From: Dudresnaya verticillata
Taxonomy: Eukaryota
Direction of reading: 5' to 3'
Length of the DNA stretch: 64,000 nucleotides
NCBI GenBank assembly: GCA_977862235.1
Contig: OZ374560.1
Coordinates: 2,480,001 to 2,544,000, forward strand
The stretch's first letter is position 1, and each line of letters opens with the position of its first letter. The notes beneath the pieces were generated by a model, which saw nothing but the letters and a program-made list of their open reading frames with translations, was not told the origin of the DNA and searched no databases. Made by a program: the position numbers and the translations under genes. This document shows, piece after piece, positions 39,744 through 48,418 of the stretch.

Positions 39744-42062
39744 CTAATCCGAAAGGAGGTCAATGACCTCGTCATCGCCAAGGGGCGGGTTAGGTACAGA
39801 AGGCGCCCGCGTCGTCACGATGCGGCGCACCTCGCGGAAGATCCGCTGACCCTGGCCACGACGCGGTCCACGGCCCCGGCGAGTACCCTCCATTGTCGTT
39901 CCTTGAGCCTCGTTGGCTGTCGTCGGGTCCACCTCCATCGGCGCAACATCACCCTCCACAGGAGCCAACTCCTCCTCTTCCTTGAGCACCAACTCGGTTT
40001 TCACGAGCACTTCGTCGGTAGGCTGCAAAGCCTCATCGGCTTGACCGGGAGCCAGCGGCGTAGATGCCCTCTCCTCCACTTGGGGAGAGTCACCAGTCAA
40101 AGACTTCGCAGGCGTCTCGAGTGACGCAGGTGCTGTGACCGATGCAGCCGAAGGGGGCGGCCCTGAGGGGGCCCCAACAGCCACCTCGGCTGTGGGGCGG
40201 TTAGCCGACGCGGACCCCGACTGTGGGTTATTCCCAGCGGGCGCGCCGCTAACGGTAGGAATCTGATGTGGAACCACTGAGCGGAGTGGGACTCCAACTC
40301 GAGAAGCCGATGGCTGGGAAGGAGGTGCCACGACTCGCGGAGCGATGTTGGACGCGCTAGCTCCAGCTGTGGCAAGGGGCTCCTCACGCGGAACCTTTGA
40401 CACATCAGCCGCGGTGGCTTCCCTCGCGTCGATAAGCGGAAGGGGCGCAGAAGAGCCTTGAGCTGAAGAACCCGGCTTACCGTAGCCGATGCCGCGGCGA
40501 ACCTTAGAGCCAGGCTCTTTCTTGATTTCCACTCCAGGCTCACCTTCAGCCTTGATTCCGCCCAGCGGGGGCAACTTATTCAGGTGAGTCAAAAGGCGGT
40601 CAACCGGACCTGGAGTTCCTATCCAATGAGCCTCATACTCGGCTAACACATCCTCAACCCAGTCAGCTAGACTGTTAAGGTTGAGGGAGTAGATGCCCCA
40701 ATGTGCAGCAAGGCGAATAGCCAACCCACGGCGGCCAAATAGATCGCGGATCTCGGCATCAGCCCGGTGGTGGTGCGTCAGCACCGGGGCGTATGGCCCC
40801 TGCGGCTCCCCATCGACAGTGTTGTCGAAGGGGGGCACCTCAGCAGGGTGCTTAGGCCCTTCATCGCGCCAACGCACACTCACCCAACCTTTGGTATAAC
40901 CAGTGCGGCGCTCGCCCTCATCCAGCTGGATGGGTTCACCCTCGGTGGGTAGCGGAGCCATCAAATAGTCCGGAAGGACTGGGTGCCACTTGACGGCGTC
41001 GAAGTCAACCCAATCGCCACGGTCGTACACCGGCGTCAGGTGGCCAGTGTTCTCAGGCAGATGCCTATTGCGTTTCGAAACGCCGCTCCAGCGAATACGC
41101 TCCACAAAGACCAAGAGTTGGTCCAAGTCTGAGGCGTCGGCCGAAGTGGCGGTGAAGGCAGCAGCGCTTATAGAACGGATGGCCCCACGAAGCTGGGCGC
41201 TGATGAAGTATAACAAGCCCTGACGGGCTTCGTAGACGAATACTTGCGTCACTAGCACGATCCACTCATGGCGAAAGATGGACCATAAGACGCTATCGTC
41301 TGCGTTGACATCCATCATCTCCAATCCGAGATACGCAATGATGGTGGGCGTGCCGACGGGCATGGAGTAAGACACCTCCATCTCGGCATGGTCCCCTGCG
41401 ACTTGAGGGTACTTCACCCTATAGAACTCCGGACGGATAGAGGTCACCTCTTGACAGTGGGCCGGGACATAACACCCCGTGCGATGTCGGTTGCGACGCT
41501 CGAAGCGTATCAGGTCGGGCGGCAAGGCCGTTTGTGGGTTGTCCAGAGCAAACTTGAAATTGGACGAATCGTCCCACCGGACCACCCGAGCCGTGGTATA
41601 AGGGTAGTTGTCCCTACCACTGCGGATCAGCGGGCGCCCGTGGGCCACCATGCCCAGGTCGAACTCACCGACGTTATGGACGTGTTGCATTTGCTCCAGC
41701 TCATAATTGAGCTTGTTACACAAGGTGGCTGTGTAGCGCACCTCGTGGCGGAAGCGCGGGTGCGCTAAGTCCCACTGCCACGGACCCGTAAGGGCGGGCA
41801 GACGACGGGTCATGCCGGTCAGTAGCGCCAAACGCGCCCGAGCATGGGAATTCCAAGTGCGGCGTTGTGCCTGCCGAGCTCCATGCCGACGGATGTCGGT
41901 GCGATCAGCGCCAGCACGTGCTTTGAGATGCGCGAGGTCGGTGCGCACCCGCCAGTCGCGGCTCTCCTTGACCGTGAAAGGCACTCCTGCCTCATCCACT
42001 TCGATGCCCAGCACACCGGTGCTTGAGCCAACGGCCCCATAAGCCATGTGGCTATGGCTCAT
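39744..42062 (-). CDS. Antisense accessory ORF (772 aa) of the Gypsy element, unknown function
   Basis: Uninterrupted ATG-initiated ORF between pol and the 3' LTR; Trp/Tyr/His-rich, globular-looking first ~500 aa and an Ala/Pro/Glu-rich tail. Confidence 0.75.
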   Translation of the reverse strand: MSHSHMAYGAVGSSTGVLGIEVDEAGVPFTVKESRDWRVRTDLAHLKARAGADRTDIRRHGARQAQRRTWNSHARARLALLTGMTRRLPALTGPWQWDLAHPRFRHEVRYTATLCNKLNYELEQMQHVHNVGEFDLGMVAHGRPLIRSGRDNYPYTTARVVRWDDSSNFKFALDNPQTALPPDLIRFERRNRHRTGCYVPAHCQEVTSIRPEFYRVKYPQVAGDHAEMEVSYSMPVGTPTIIAYLGLEMMDVNADDSVLWSIFRHEWIVLVTQVFVYEARQGLLYFISAQLRGAIRSISAAAFTATSADASDLDQLLVFVERIRWSGVSKRNRHLPENTGHLTPVYDRGDWVDFDAVKWHPVLPDYLMAPLPTEGEPIQLDEGERRTGYTKGWVSVRWRDEGPKHPAEVPPFDNTVDGEPQGPYAPVLTHHHRADAEIRDLFGRRGLAIRLAAHWGIYSLNLNSLADWVEDVLAEYEAHWIGTPGPVDRLLTHLNKLPPLGGIKAEGEPGVEIKKEPGSKVRRGIGYGKPGSSAQGSSAPLPLIDAREATAADVSKVPREEPLATAGASASNIAPRVVAPPSQPSASRVGVPLRSVVPHQIPTVSGAPAGNNPQSGSASANRPTAEVAVGAPSGPPPSAASVTAPASLETPAKSLTGDSPQVEERASTPLAPGQADEALQPTDEVLVKTELVLKEEEELAPVEGDVAPMEVDPTTANEAQGTTMEGTRRGRGPRRGQGQRIFREVRRIVTTRAPSVPNPPLGDDEVIDLLSD

Positions 42063-42608
42063 CTTGGTGCCACGGGGTGAACAGGTCTCCTATCCAGCCA
42101 CAATGGCTATTCTTGGCTATTTGGCTATCGTGCACGTGACGGCCCGGCCGTAGGAAGAGGTGCACGGGTGGCGACAGGGTACTGCGGGTCCCGCTACTGC
42201 GATGTGCACAGACCGCCGCAACGGCAGGGGGATGCGAAACCTGGATTGGTCGTAGCCGGGCGCAAGGCGCGGACGATCAGCTGAAGATGGTGGTGCGAAG
42301 TGGGGATGTGCACCGGGTACTGTAGCGGAAGCCGCTGTGAAGTCGCTGAAGTATGCAGCCGGTTCGGGCTTTCCGCGCAAAAGCGCAAACTGGTCGTCGG
42401 AATAGTCAAACGGTCGCCGTCGAGACTGGAACGGCGAAATCAGTGATTTGTCACTACTGCGAACGGGTCCACAACGGCTGCCAGTGGCGGAGGTTACAAG
42501 TGAGCCGTCGGCCCAATACACCACTGGGATTTCAAGCTCGCCCAAGACAGGGCCAATAGAAACAGCCTTGCAGGCTTCGCGGGTCTCTCAGCCTTAACGA
42601 GGGGACCG

Positions 42609-43258
42609 TGTGGAAGAATGAGCCGCAGCAGGAGTGCTGGCGCACTGTAAGTCATTTGTGCGCATCAAGGTGTAAGACGCCCACGCGCATCAAGCTGTAA
42701 GGCGCGCGCAAGCACCGTGCGCTATACGAGCGATGGGCCTCGCTGGCGTCCCGGCTGGCACCAAACCTGATGGAAAATTGCCATTGGGTAATTAGTTGTG
42801 GCCGCTCACGCGGCCTGACGTGGTACTACCAATAATCCGTATTGATAACTGACAACAGTAAACAGTATAATTAGATTAATAATGACAGTTAGAATAGCTT
42901 AGAATAGCTCATAGGAGGTAAGAGAATTTTCAGCTCTGTATACTTAATAGGCCCCTGAGTAGCAGGGGTCTCCTGAATAGAACCTACGGTGGGTTTCGCG
43001 TCTTTACCCTGTTTCTGGAATTCACGGAATTACCGTAACCTCCCTTTCAGGTTTTTTACGAGCCTTGCCTCCACACGACGGTTGCTCTGTGCGAGCTGGG
43101 TGGCGCCGCCCCTTTTCCCCCTTTTCCCTTAGGCTCTGTGCCTTTCAAAGTCTCTACGAACCTTTTCCCGAGCTACCCAAGCTAGTGTGTTGTACACCGT
43201 CAGGACAGCTGTCCTTGCCGGTTGGCGGGTTTCTGCCTTGACGGGCCATACTACTACA
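42609..43258 (+). repeat. 3' LTR of the family A element
   Basis: Direct repeat of 30079-30721, followed by TSD CTATT. Confidence 0.95.
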
Positions 43259-44560
43259 CTATTCCGGCGCCCACAAGTAGGGCTTGACAGCCGAAAAGTC
43301 TATCAGCCCGAAAGGGGGTCTAAGTTAGTCTGTGATTATAGATACAAGGGTTAGCAATGTCATTACAAGTCAAAAGTGGGAATGCATTCCAGTTAGGGGA
43401 CTTGGCGGCGGATGCGCTGGTGCGCCCGCCGAGGTCCCGGCTGCACTGTCGATACCCTGAGCGTAGAGGATCTCCTCGTCCGTGAGTAGGAGCGCAGCGG
43501 CGCGTCATAAATCAACCAATACGCGGTGTCCAACTGGCGTCATTACAAGGCCACGTGTATGCCACGTGTATAGCTGTAAGTCCACATGTACACCTATAAG
43601 TCCACGTGTACAGCGATGAAAGGACAGCTGTCCTGATTAAGGGACAGCCTGTCCCGCGAAAAGAAGTGCGCTTCTGTAAGCCCTCCTGCTGACAGCGTCC
43701 ATACTGCCACACTGTGAAATGAAATTCAGGGACGTCCTCCCCAGCCTTTGAAAACATTTTCGAGGACAGAATGGCTGAGAAAGTAATTTTACAGGCGACA
43801 TGCCTGGCAAATGTAGTATGCGGGTTCTTCGTTTTGCATTGGTCACGCTGCGTGACCACGATGCAGAGTACTGCTGTAATGCACTTTGATCATGGCGCGC
43901 GCGTGCCGGTGGCGGCTGTGCGCGCGCCTTCGCCAGCCATCTAGGCACCTCTCGTCAGTGAGCGGAGAGGGGGGGGGGGGCCGGTCCATTTCGTAAAATG
44001 CTTTTTCGAATACTTCTAGGCCACACGTCCCGAAAGACCACCCGCCATTGCGCGCTGCTAAGGCCGCCGAACCAAGTATGATAAATGCTGTACGTGCCTA
44101 ATGTTTCGTCCCCTCCGAATTCCAGTATTGTGGCTGTCCTTGCGACTCGGCTGGAGAAGTGTGCAAGCAGATGAAGTCATACAGCTTCCAGTGACCCGCT
44201 TTGTTGCGCCCCGCAGGCGAGTCTGTGACTGAGAATAATCTGAGCTTTGTGACCACCAACGGCGGTGTCGACATCACAACCGATATTCAGAAAAACCGCG
44301 GAGAACTCACAGACTCGTACGCACCCGACCCGGGCGCACTACCCTTGGTGGATACTGGCGTGAACGGCGCGAGCCCACAAGCGTTTTCTGCTTCACAAGA
44401 ACTTTCCAAGTACGAAACAGCAACGGTCTGTTCCCCGTCAACCGCCGCCCAAACTCCGGCTTTTGAGTCGTTTCCACTATCGTCAAGCTCGCCAACTGCC
44501 GATTCATCACAAGACCAAATCCAGTTGCTTCTTTCTGTTGGCATTTTTTGCCTTCACACG

Positions 44561-47500
44561 ATGGTGGACTCTGTGATTTCTCTCGTCGAGACCACTATCA
44601 AGGTTGTTCAGCACATTCGTAATAGTCTTGAAGCTCGCAAACAAAACGCAACATCCTTCGTGACGATAGCCAATGGCATTCAACGTATTCGCGTGGCTTA
44701 TCAAGACTTTCGCAACAACCACCACCTCTCCGCCATCCACGACGACATCAGCAGCCACATTAGAGCAGAGTTGGAAATGGTCCAGCGCCATTTGAAGGCA
44801 CTTTCGCAGCAGGTAGACAAACGAAAGCCTTTACGCTCGTTGCTAGGCGGCATCGAAGCTCGTGAGGCGATCATAAAGGTACAATCCCTTGTGACAGGGC
44901 TAGAAAGACACTTGGATGCTTGTCGGCTCATGGTGAAACACTTTCAGATCCATGACTCCCGCCTCAGTGAAATATATGAACTGTTGCACAAGCATGTCAT
45001 CAAAGACGTTCCGGGCTCTTCCTCTGCGGGAGACATGACGGCACAAGATGAGGTGGTCCTAATCGATGCCACTTCTGCGCGACTTCAAGGAACAGATCCG
45101 AGCAGCCCGAGTAGTCCCAGTCAGACCTCGCCCCACTCCCCAGGCCCGACAATGAGTATACAATCTGAACAGCTTGATAAGGAGGAGGAGGACGAGATCC
45201 AATTCATATCATCGCTGCCCATGGCGATGAAGTTGATAGCGAAAAGCGATGTCCCGGAAGATGTGAAACGGAAGCTACAGCAGAAGATAGACGACTTCCA
45301 GACTCGGTGGGAGTTGAAGTTTGACGACTTGGTGTTTGAGAAAGGCAGAAGGGGAGGATGGGTCGAGTTGGGTGAAGGCGGTTTCAGCAGGGTGTACAAA
45401 GCGAAGCTCCGCCAAGGTGAAACATTCCTGGAAGTGGCAGTCAAAGAGCTAAAGGTAAAGAAGCCGGAACTGGAGAAGTTCAAGCCAAAGTTTTTGCGTG
45501 AGGTGCACGGCCTGATTCAGTACCGGCATCGCTGTATCTTGGAGGCACATGGGGCCATCTGGGCGAAGAGCGATGAGACAGAAGACGGTCACAACCCGAT
45601 GATTGTTCTAGAACGCATGACCTGCAGCCTCCACGAAGCGATTCAAGAATGCTGGGCAGCGGTGGAGGACATGGCTGTGAGAAAGGGTATCGCGCTGGAT
45701 GTGGCTGCTGCGCTCGCACATCTGCACGAGAAGAGCGTTGTTCACAGGGACGTGAAGCCTGAAAACGTGTTGTTGCGTGTTAGGGACGGTGAGGTTGTGA
45801 GGCCTGCCAAGCTGTGCGACTTTGGCGTATCGCGAGAAGTGCAGGTGACAAAGCAGATGGAAACGTATACGCTGAGGAGTAGTAGAGGAGCTGCGTCAGG
45901 GACGGTTGTTTTCATGCCACCAGAGGTGCTCAAGGACCAAAGAAAGGCACCGACGCGTCCGTCGTGGGATGTGTGGAGCTTTGGACTACTTTTATGTTTC
46001 CTGGGGGGTGGGGCGACGTCCTTTTCGGAACTGGATTTCATTAACGCCCTGGGTCTAGCAAGAGAAGATCAGCTTGGAGCAGTCGCACGAGGGTGGGCGG
46101 ACTCCATTGGGGATGAGGCGATGAGGACGGCTGCGTTGCGTTGTTTACGGTCGAAGTGGAAGGAGCGTTGCACTATGGCTGATGTGGTGGCGATTATTTC
46201 GCAGGGTATACCAGGGGTCGGGAATGATGCTCCTAGTGACGCTGAATCAGCCATGGCAGATGTGGTGGGGACGATCTCGCAGGATGTACCAGAGCTCAGG
46301 GTTGATACTCCGAGTGACGCAGAATTTGCCATGGCGGATGTGGTGGGGATAGTCTCGCGGAATGTACCAGGGGTCGGGGTTGATGCTCCGAGTGACACGG
46401 AATTTGCCAGCCTTCTTCTCGACCCACGATGGATGACCATAGATAGCAGTCCTTTGGACATCTCTGGGTGGAAGGAGAATGTGAATGAGTTGCGGTGGGC
46501 GTGCTTGACAAATGGGTTGGTTGGTGAAGAAGATTTCGATGCGGGCATGAAGTTGCTGCGGGCAGCAGCGCGAGAGAGCTGGCCGTTCATTTTTCGAAAC
46601 CCGAGGGAGCTGATGTTCCAGATGCAGTCGCGGTTGGTGGACTCATGCGATGAGGCATGGCTCGTGCGGCGGTACCTTGAGACGGCCAGCAAGGTGTCCC
46701 CCACACCTCGAGTTCGATCATTAACTCGGTGCTGGAACATTCCTGGTGGTCGACAAGAGATGGAAATCCCATGTGCGGATAGTGTAGACTGCTTCGCTGT
46801 GACAGGGGATGAAGGAAAAGTTGTGGCAGGAATTGGATACAAAGTAGTGCTCATCGACTTGGAAAGCAGTGTTGTCATCCGCGAGTACGTCGGCCACGAC
46901 AGTACGGTGGATTGCGTGGCGGTGACGCCAGACGGGCGGCACGTCGTGTCCGGGTCGCGGGACGAGACGTTGCGGGTGTGGGAGTTGGGGAGCGGCAAGC
47001 CCGTGGGGGAGCCGTTGCGCGGTCACACGAATTGGGTGGAGTGCGTGGCGGTGACGCCAGACGGGCGGCACGTCGTGTCCGGGTCGTGGGACGAGACGTT
47101 GCGGGTGTGGGAGTTGGGGAGCGGCAAGCCCGTGGGGGAGCCGCTGCGCGGTCACACGCGTAAGGTCGTGTGCGTGGCGGTGACGCCAGACGGGCGGCAC
47201 GTCGTGTCCGGGTCGCGGGACGAGACGTTGCGGGTGTGGGAGTTGGGGAGCGGCAAGCCCGTGGGGGAGCCGTTGCGCGGTCACACGAATTGGGTGGAGT
47301 GCGTGGCGGTGACGCCAGACGGGCGGCACGTCGTGTCCGGGTCGTGGGACGAGACGTTGCGGGTGTGGGAGTTGGGGAGCGGCAAGCCCGTGGGGGAGCC
47401 GTTGCGCGGTCACACGGATGGGGTGCGGTGCGTGGCAGTGACGCCAGACGGGCGGCACGTCGTGTCCGGGTCGTGGGACAAGACGTTGCGGGTGTGGGAG

Positions 47501-48418
47501 TTGGGGAGCGGCAAGCCCGTGGGGGAGCCGTTGCGCGGTCACACGCGTTGGGTGTGGTGCGTGGCGGTGACGCCAGACGGGCGGCACGTCGTGTCCGGGT
47601 CGTGGGACAAGACGTTGCGGGTGTGGGAGTTGGGGAGCGGCAAGCCCGTGGGGGAGCCGTTGCGCGGCCACGAGAATAGGGTAAATTGCGTGGCGGTGAC
47701 GCCAGACGGGCGGCACGTCGTGTCCGGGTCGCGGGACGAGACGTTGCGGGTGTGGGAGTTGGGGAGCGGCAAGCCCGTGGGGGAGCCGTTGCGCGGTCAC
47801 ACGAGTTCGATGCACTGCGTGGCGGTGACCCCAGACGGGCGGCACGTCGTGTCCGGGTCGCGGGACAAGACGTTGCGGGTGTGGGAGTTGGGGAGCGGCA
47901 AGCCCGTGGGGGAGCCGTTGCGCGGTCACACGGATTGGGTGCGGTGCGTGGCGGTGACGCCAGACGGGCGGCACGTCGTGTCCGGGTCGGGGGACAAGAC
48001 GTTGCGGGTGTGGGAGTTGGGGAGCGGCAAGCCCGTGGGCGAACCGAAAGCGTTTTCGCCATCTGTTGCGAGAATTGGATGTTTTGGGGCGAGTACTGTG
48101 AAGGCTCGTGATTGGAATGGGAATGAGCGTTACTTTGAGGTGAGTGGAAATGGTCTGCGGGAGATTGATGCGGCTGTTGGAAGAGTTCGTGAGAGTGAAG
48201 TGCTGCGCGGGAGTGGAAGCCATCGGAGCGGGTCTGCAGCGGAGGCTGTCGTACGGGTCTCGGGCCGGTCAGTGCGCCTCGGGCAGGACGGGCCGATTCT
48301 CGCGACCCTTCCGGCAGCTTTGGCCGAGCCTGGGACGTGGGACTACAATGCTGCGGAAGGTCGAGTGGTCGTCGGGCTCCAAGACGGACAGGTGTTGGTG
48401 TTGGAGGTGGAGACGTAA
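44561..48418 (+). CDS. Paralogue 1: MLKL/HeLo-like four-helix bundle + Ser/Thr (TKL-like) kinase + APAF-1-like helical segment + 9 near-identical WD40 repeats (1285 aa)
   Basis: ATG (MVDSV) is conserved in all three copies; GEGGFSRVY, VAVKEL, HRDVKPEN, DFG, MPPE and DVWSFG; 43-aa GH...WE repeats. Confidence 0.92.
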   Translation: MVDSVISLVETTIKVVQHIRNSLEARKQNATSFVTIANGIQRIRVAYQDFRNNHHLSAIHDDISSHIRAELEMVQRHLKALSQQVDKRKPLRSLLGGIEAREAIIKVQSLVTGLERHLDACRLMVKHFQIHDSRLSEIYELLHKHVIKDVPGSSSAGDMTAQDEVVLIDATSARLQGTDPSSPSSPSQTSPHSPGPTMSIQSEQLDKEEEDEIQFISSLPMAMKLIAKSDVPEDVKRKLQQKIDDFQTRWELKFDDLVFEKGRRGGWVELGEGGFSRVYKAKLRQGETFLEVAVKELKVKKPELEKFKPKFLREVHGLIQYRHRCILEAHGAIWAKSDETEDGHNPMIVLERMTCSLHEAIQECWAAVEDMAVRKGIALDVAAALAHLHEKSVVHRDVKPENVLLRVRDGEVVRPAKLCDFGVSREVQVTKQMETYTLRSSRGAASGTVVFMPPEVLKDQRKAPTRPSWDVWSFGLLLCFLGGGATSFSELDFINALGLAREDQLGAVARGWADSIGDEAMRTAALRCLRSKWKERCTMADVVAIISQGIPGVGNDAPSDAESAMADVVGTISQDVPELRVDTPSDAEFAMADVVGIVSRNVPGVGVDAPSDTEFASLLLDPRWMTIDSSPLDISGWKENVNELRWACLTNGLVGEEDFDAGMKLLRAAARESWPFIFRNPRELMFQMQSRLVDSCDEAWLVRRYLETASKVSPTPRVRSLTRCWNIPGGRQEMEIPCADSVDCFAVTGDEGKVVAGIGYKVVLIDLESSVVIREYVGHDSTVDCVAVTPDGRHVVSGSRDETLRVWELGSGKPVGEPLRGHTNWVECVAVTPDGRHVVSGSWDETLRVWELGSGKPVGEPLRGHTRKVVCVAVTPDGRHVVSGSRDETLRVWELGSGKPVGEPLRGHTNWVECVAVTPDGRHVVSGSWDETLRVWELGSGKPVGEPLRGHTDGVRCVAVTPDGRHVVSGSWDKTLRVWELGSGKPVGEPLRGHTRWVWCVAVTPDGRHVVSGSWDKTLRVWELGSGKPVGEPLRGHENRVNCVAVTPDGRHVVSGSRDETLRVWELGSGKPVGEPLRGHTSSMHCVAVTPDGRHVVSGSRDKTLRVWELGSGKPVGEPLRGHTDWVRCVAVTPDGRHVVSGSGDKTLRVWELGSGKPVGEPKAFSPSVARIGCFGASTVKARDWNGNERYFEVSGNGLREIDAAVGRVRESEVLRGSGSHRSGSAAEAVVRVSGRSVRLGQDGPILATLPAALAEPGTWDYNAAEGRVVVGLQDGQVLVLEVET
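46175..46408 (+). repeat. 3 x 78-bp (26-aa) coding tandem repeat MADVV..PSDAE(S/F)A directly after the kinase (also at 53333-53566 and 60959-61192)
   Basis: Units start at 46175, 46253 and 46331. Confidence 0.9.
46892..48046 (+). repeat. WD40 array, 9 x 129 bp
   Basis: Invariant framework CVAVTPDGRHVVSGSxDxTLRVWELGSGKPVGEPLRGH with variable residues after GH and around SxDx. Confidence 0.97.

Larger units (their letters stand above)
30079..43258 (+). mobile_element. Full-length Ty3/Gypsy LTR retrotransposon (family A, chromodomain-bearing, 13.2 kb)
   Basis: LTRs 30079-30721 and 42609-43258 (TG...CA); TSD CTATT at 30074-30078 and 43259-43263; PBS at 30723; purine tract AACGAGGGGACCG before the 3' LTR; gag, PR-RT-RH-IN-chromo. 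Confidence 0.97.
28201..43711 (-). mobile_element. Related Gypsy family B element, 5' part only: LTR split into 29738-30078 and 43264-43711 by the family A insertion; degenerate gag at 28201-29455
   Basis: LTR termini TGTAGCAGTATGG (29738) and CCATACTGCCACA (43711) are inverted repeats; same PBS at 29721-29736; ORFs 28643-29455 and 28188-28499 are homologous to family A gag (MPTSNGETTRPGLT, CFTEREIG, RRRSPVPRGTRDRRR). Confidence 0.85.

Noticed and set aside
44201..44560. 120-aa N-terminal extension of gene 1 (and 33-aa extension of gene 2)
   Set aside because: They start at TTG, and the homologous DNA is frameshifted or has stops in the other paralogues; the shared ATG (MVDSV) is the likely start.
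45310..46200. Calling the genes MLKL orthologues or pseudokinases
   Set aside because: VAVK, HRD and DFG are all intact and there is a large WD40 extension; only the N-terminal domain resemblance is claimed, so no gene symbol is given.
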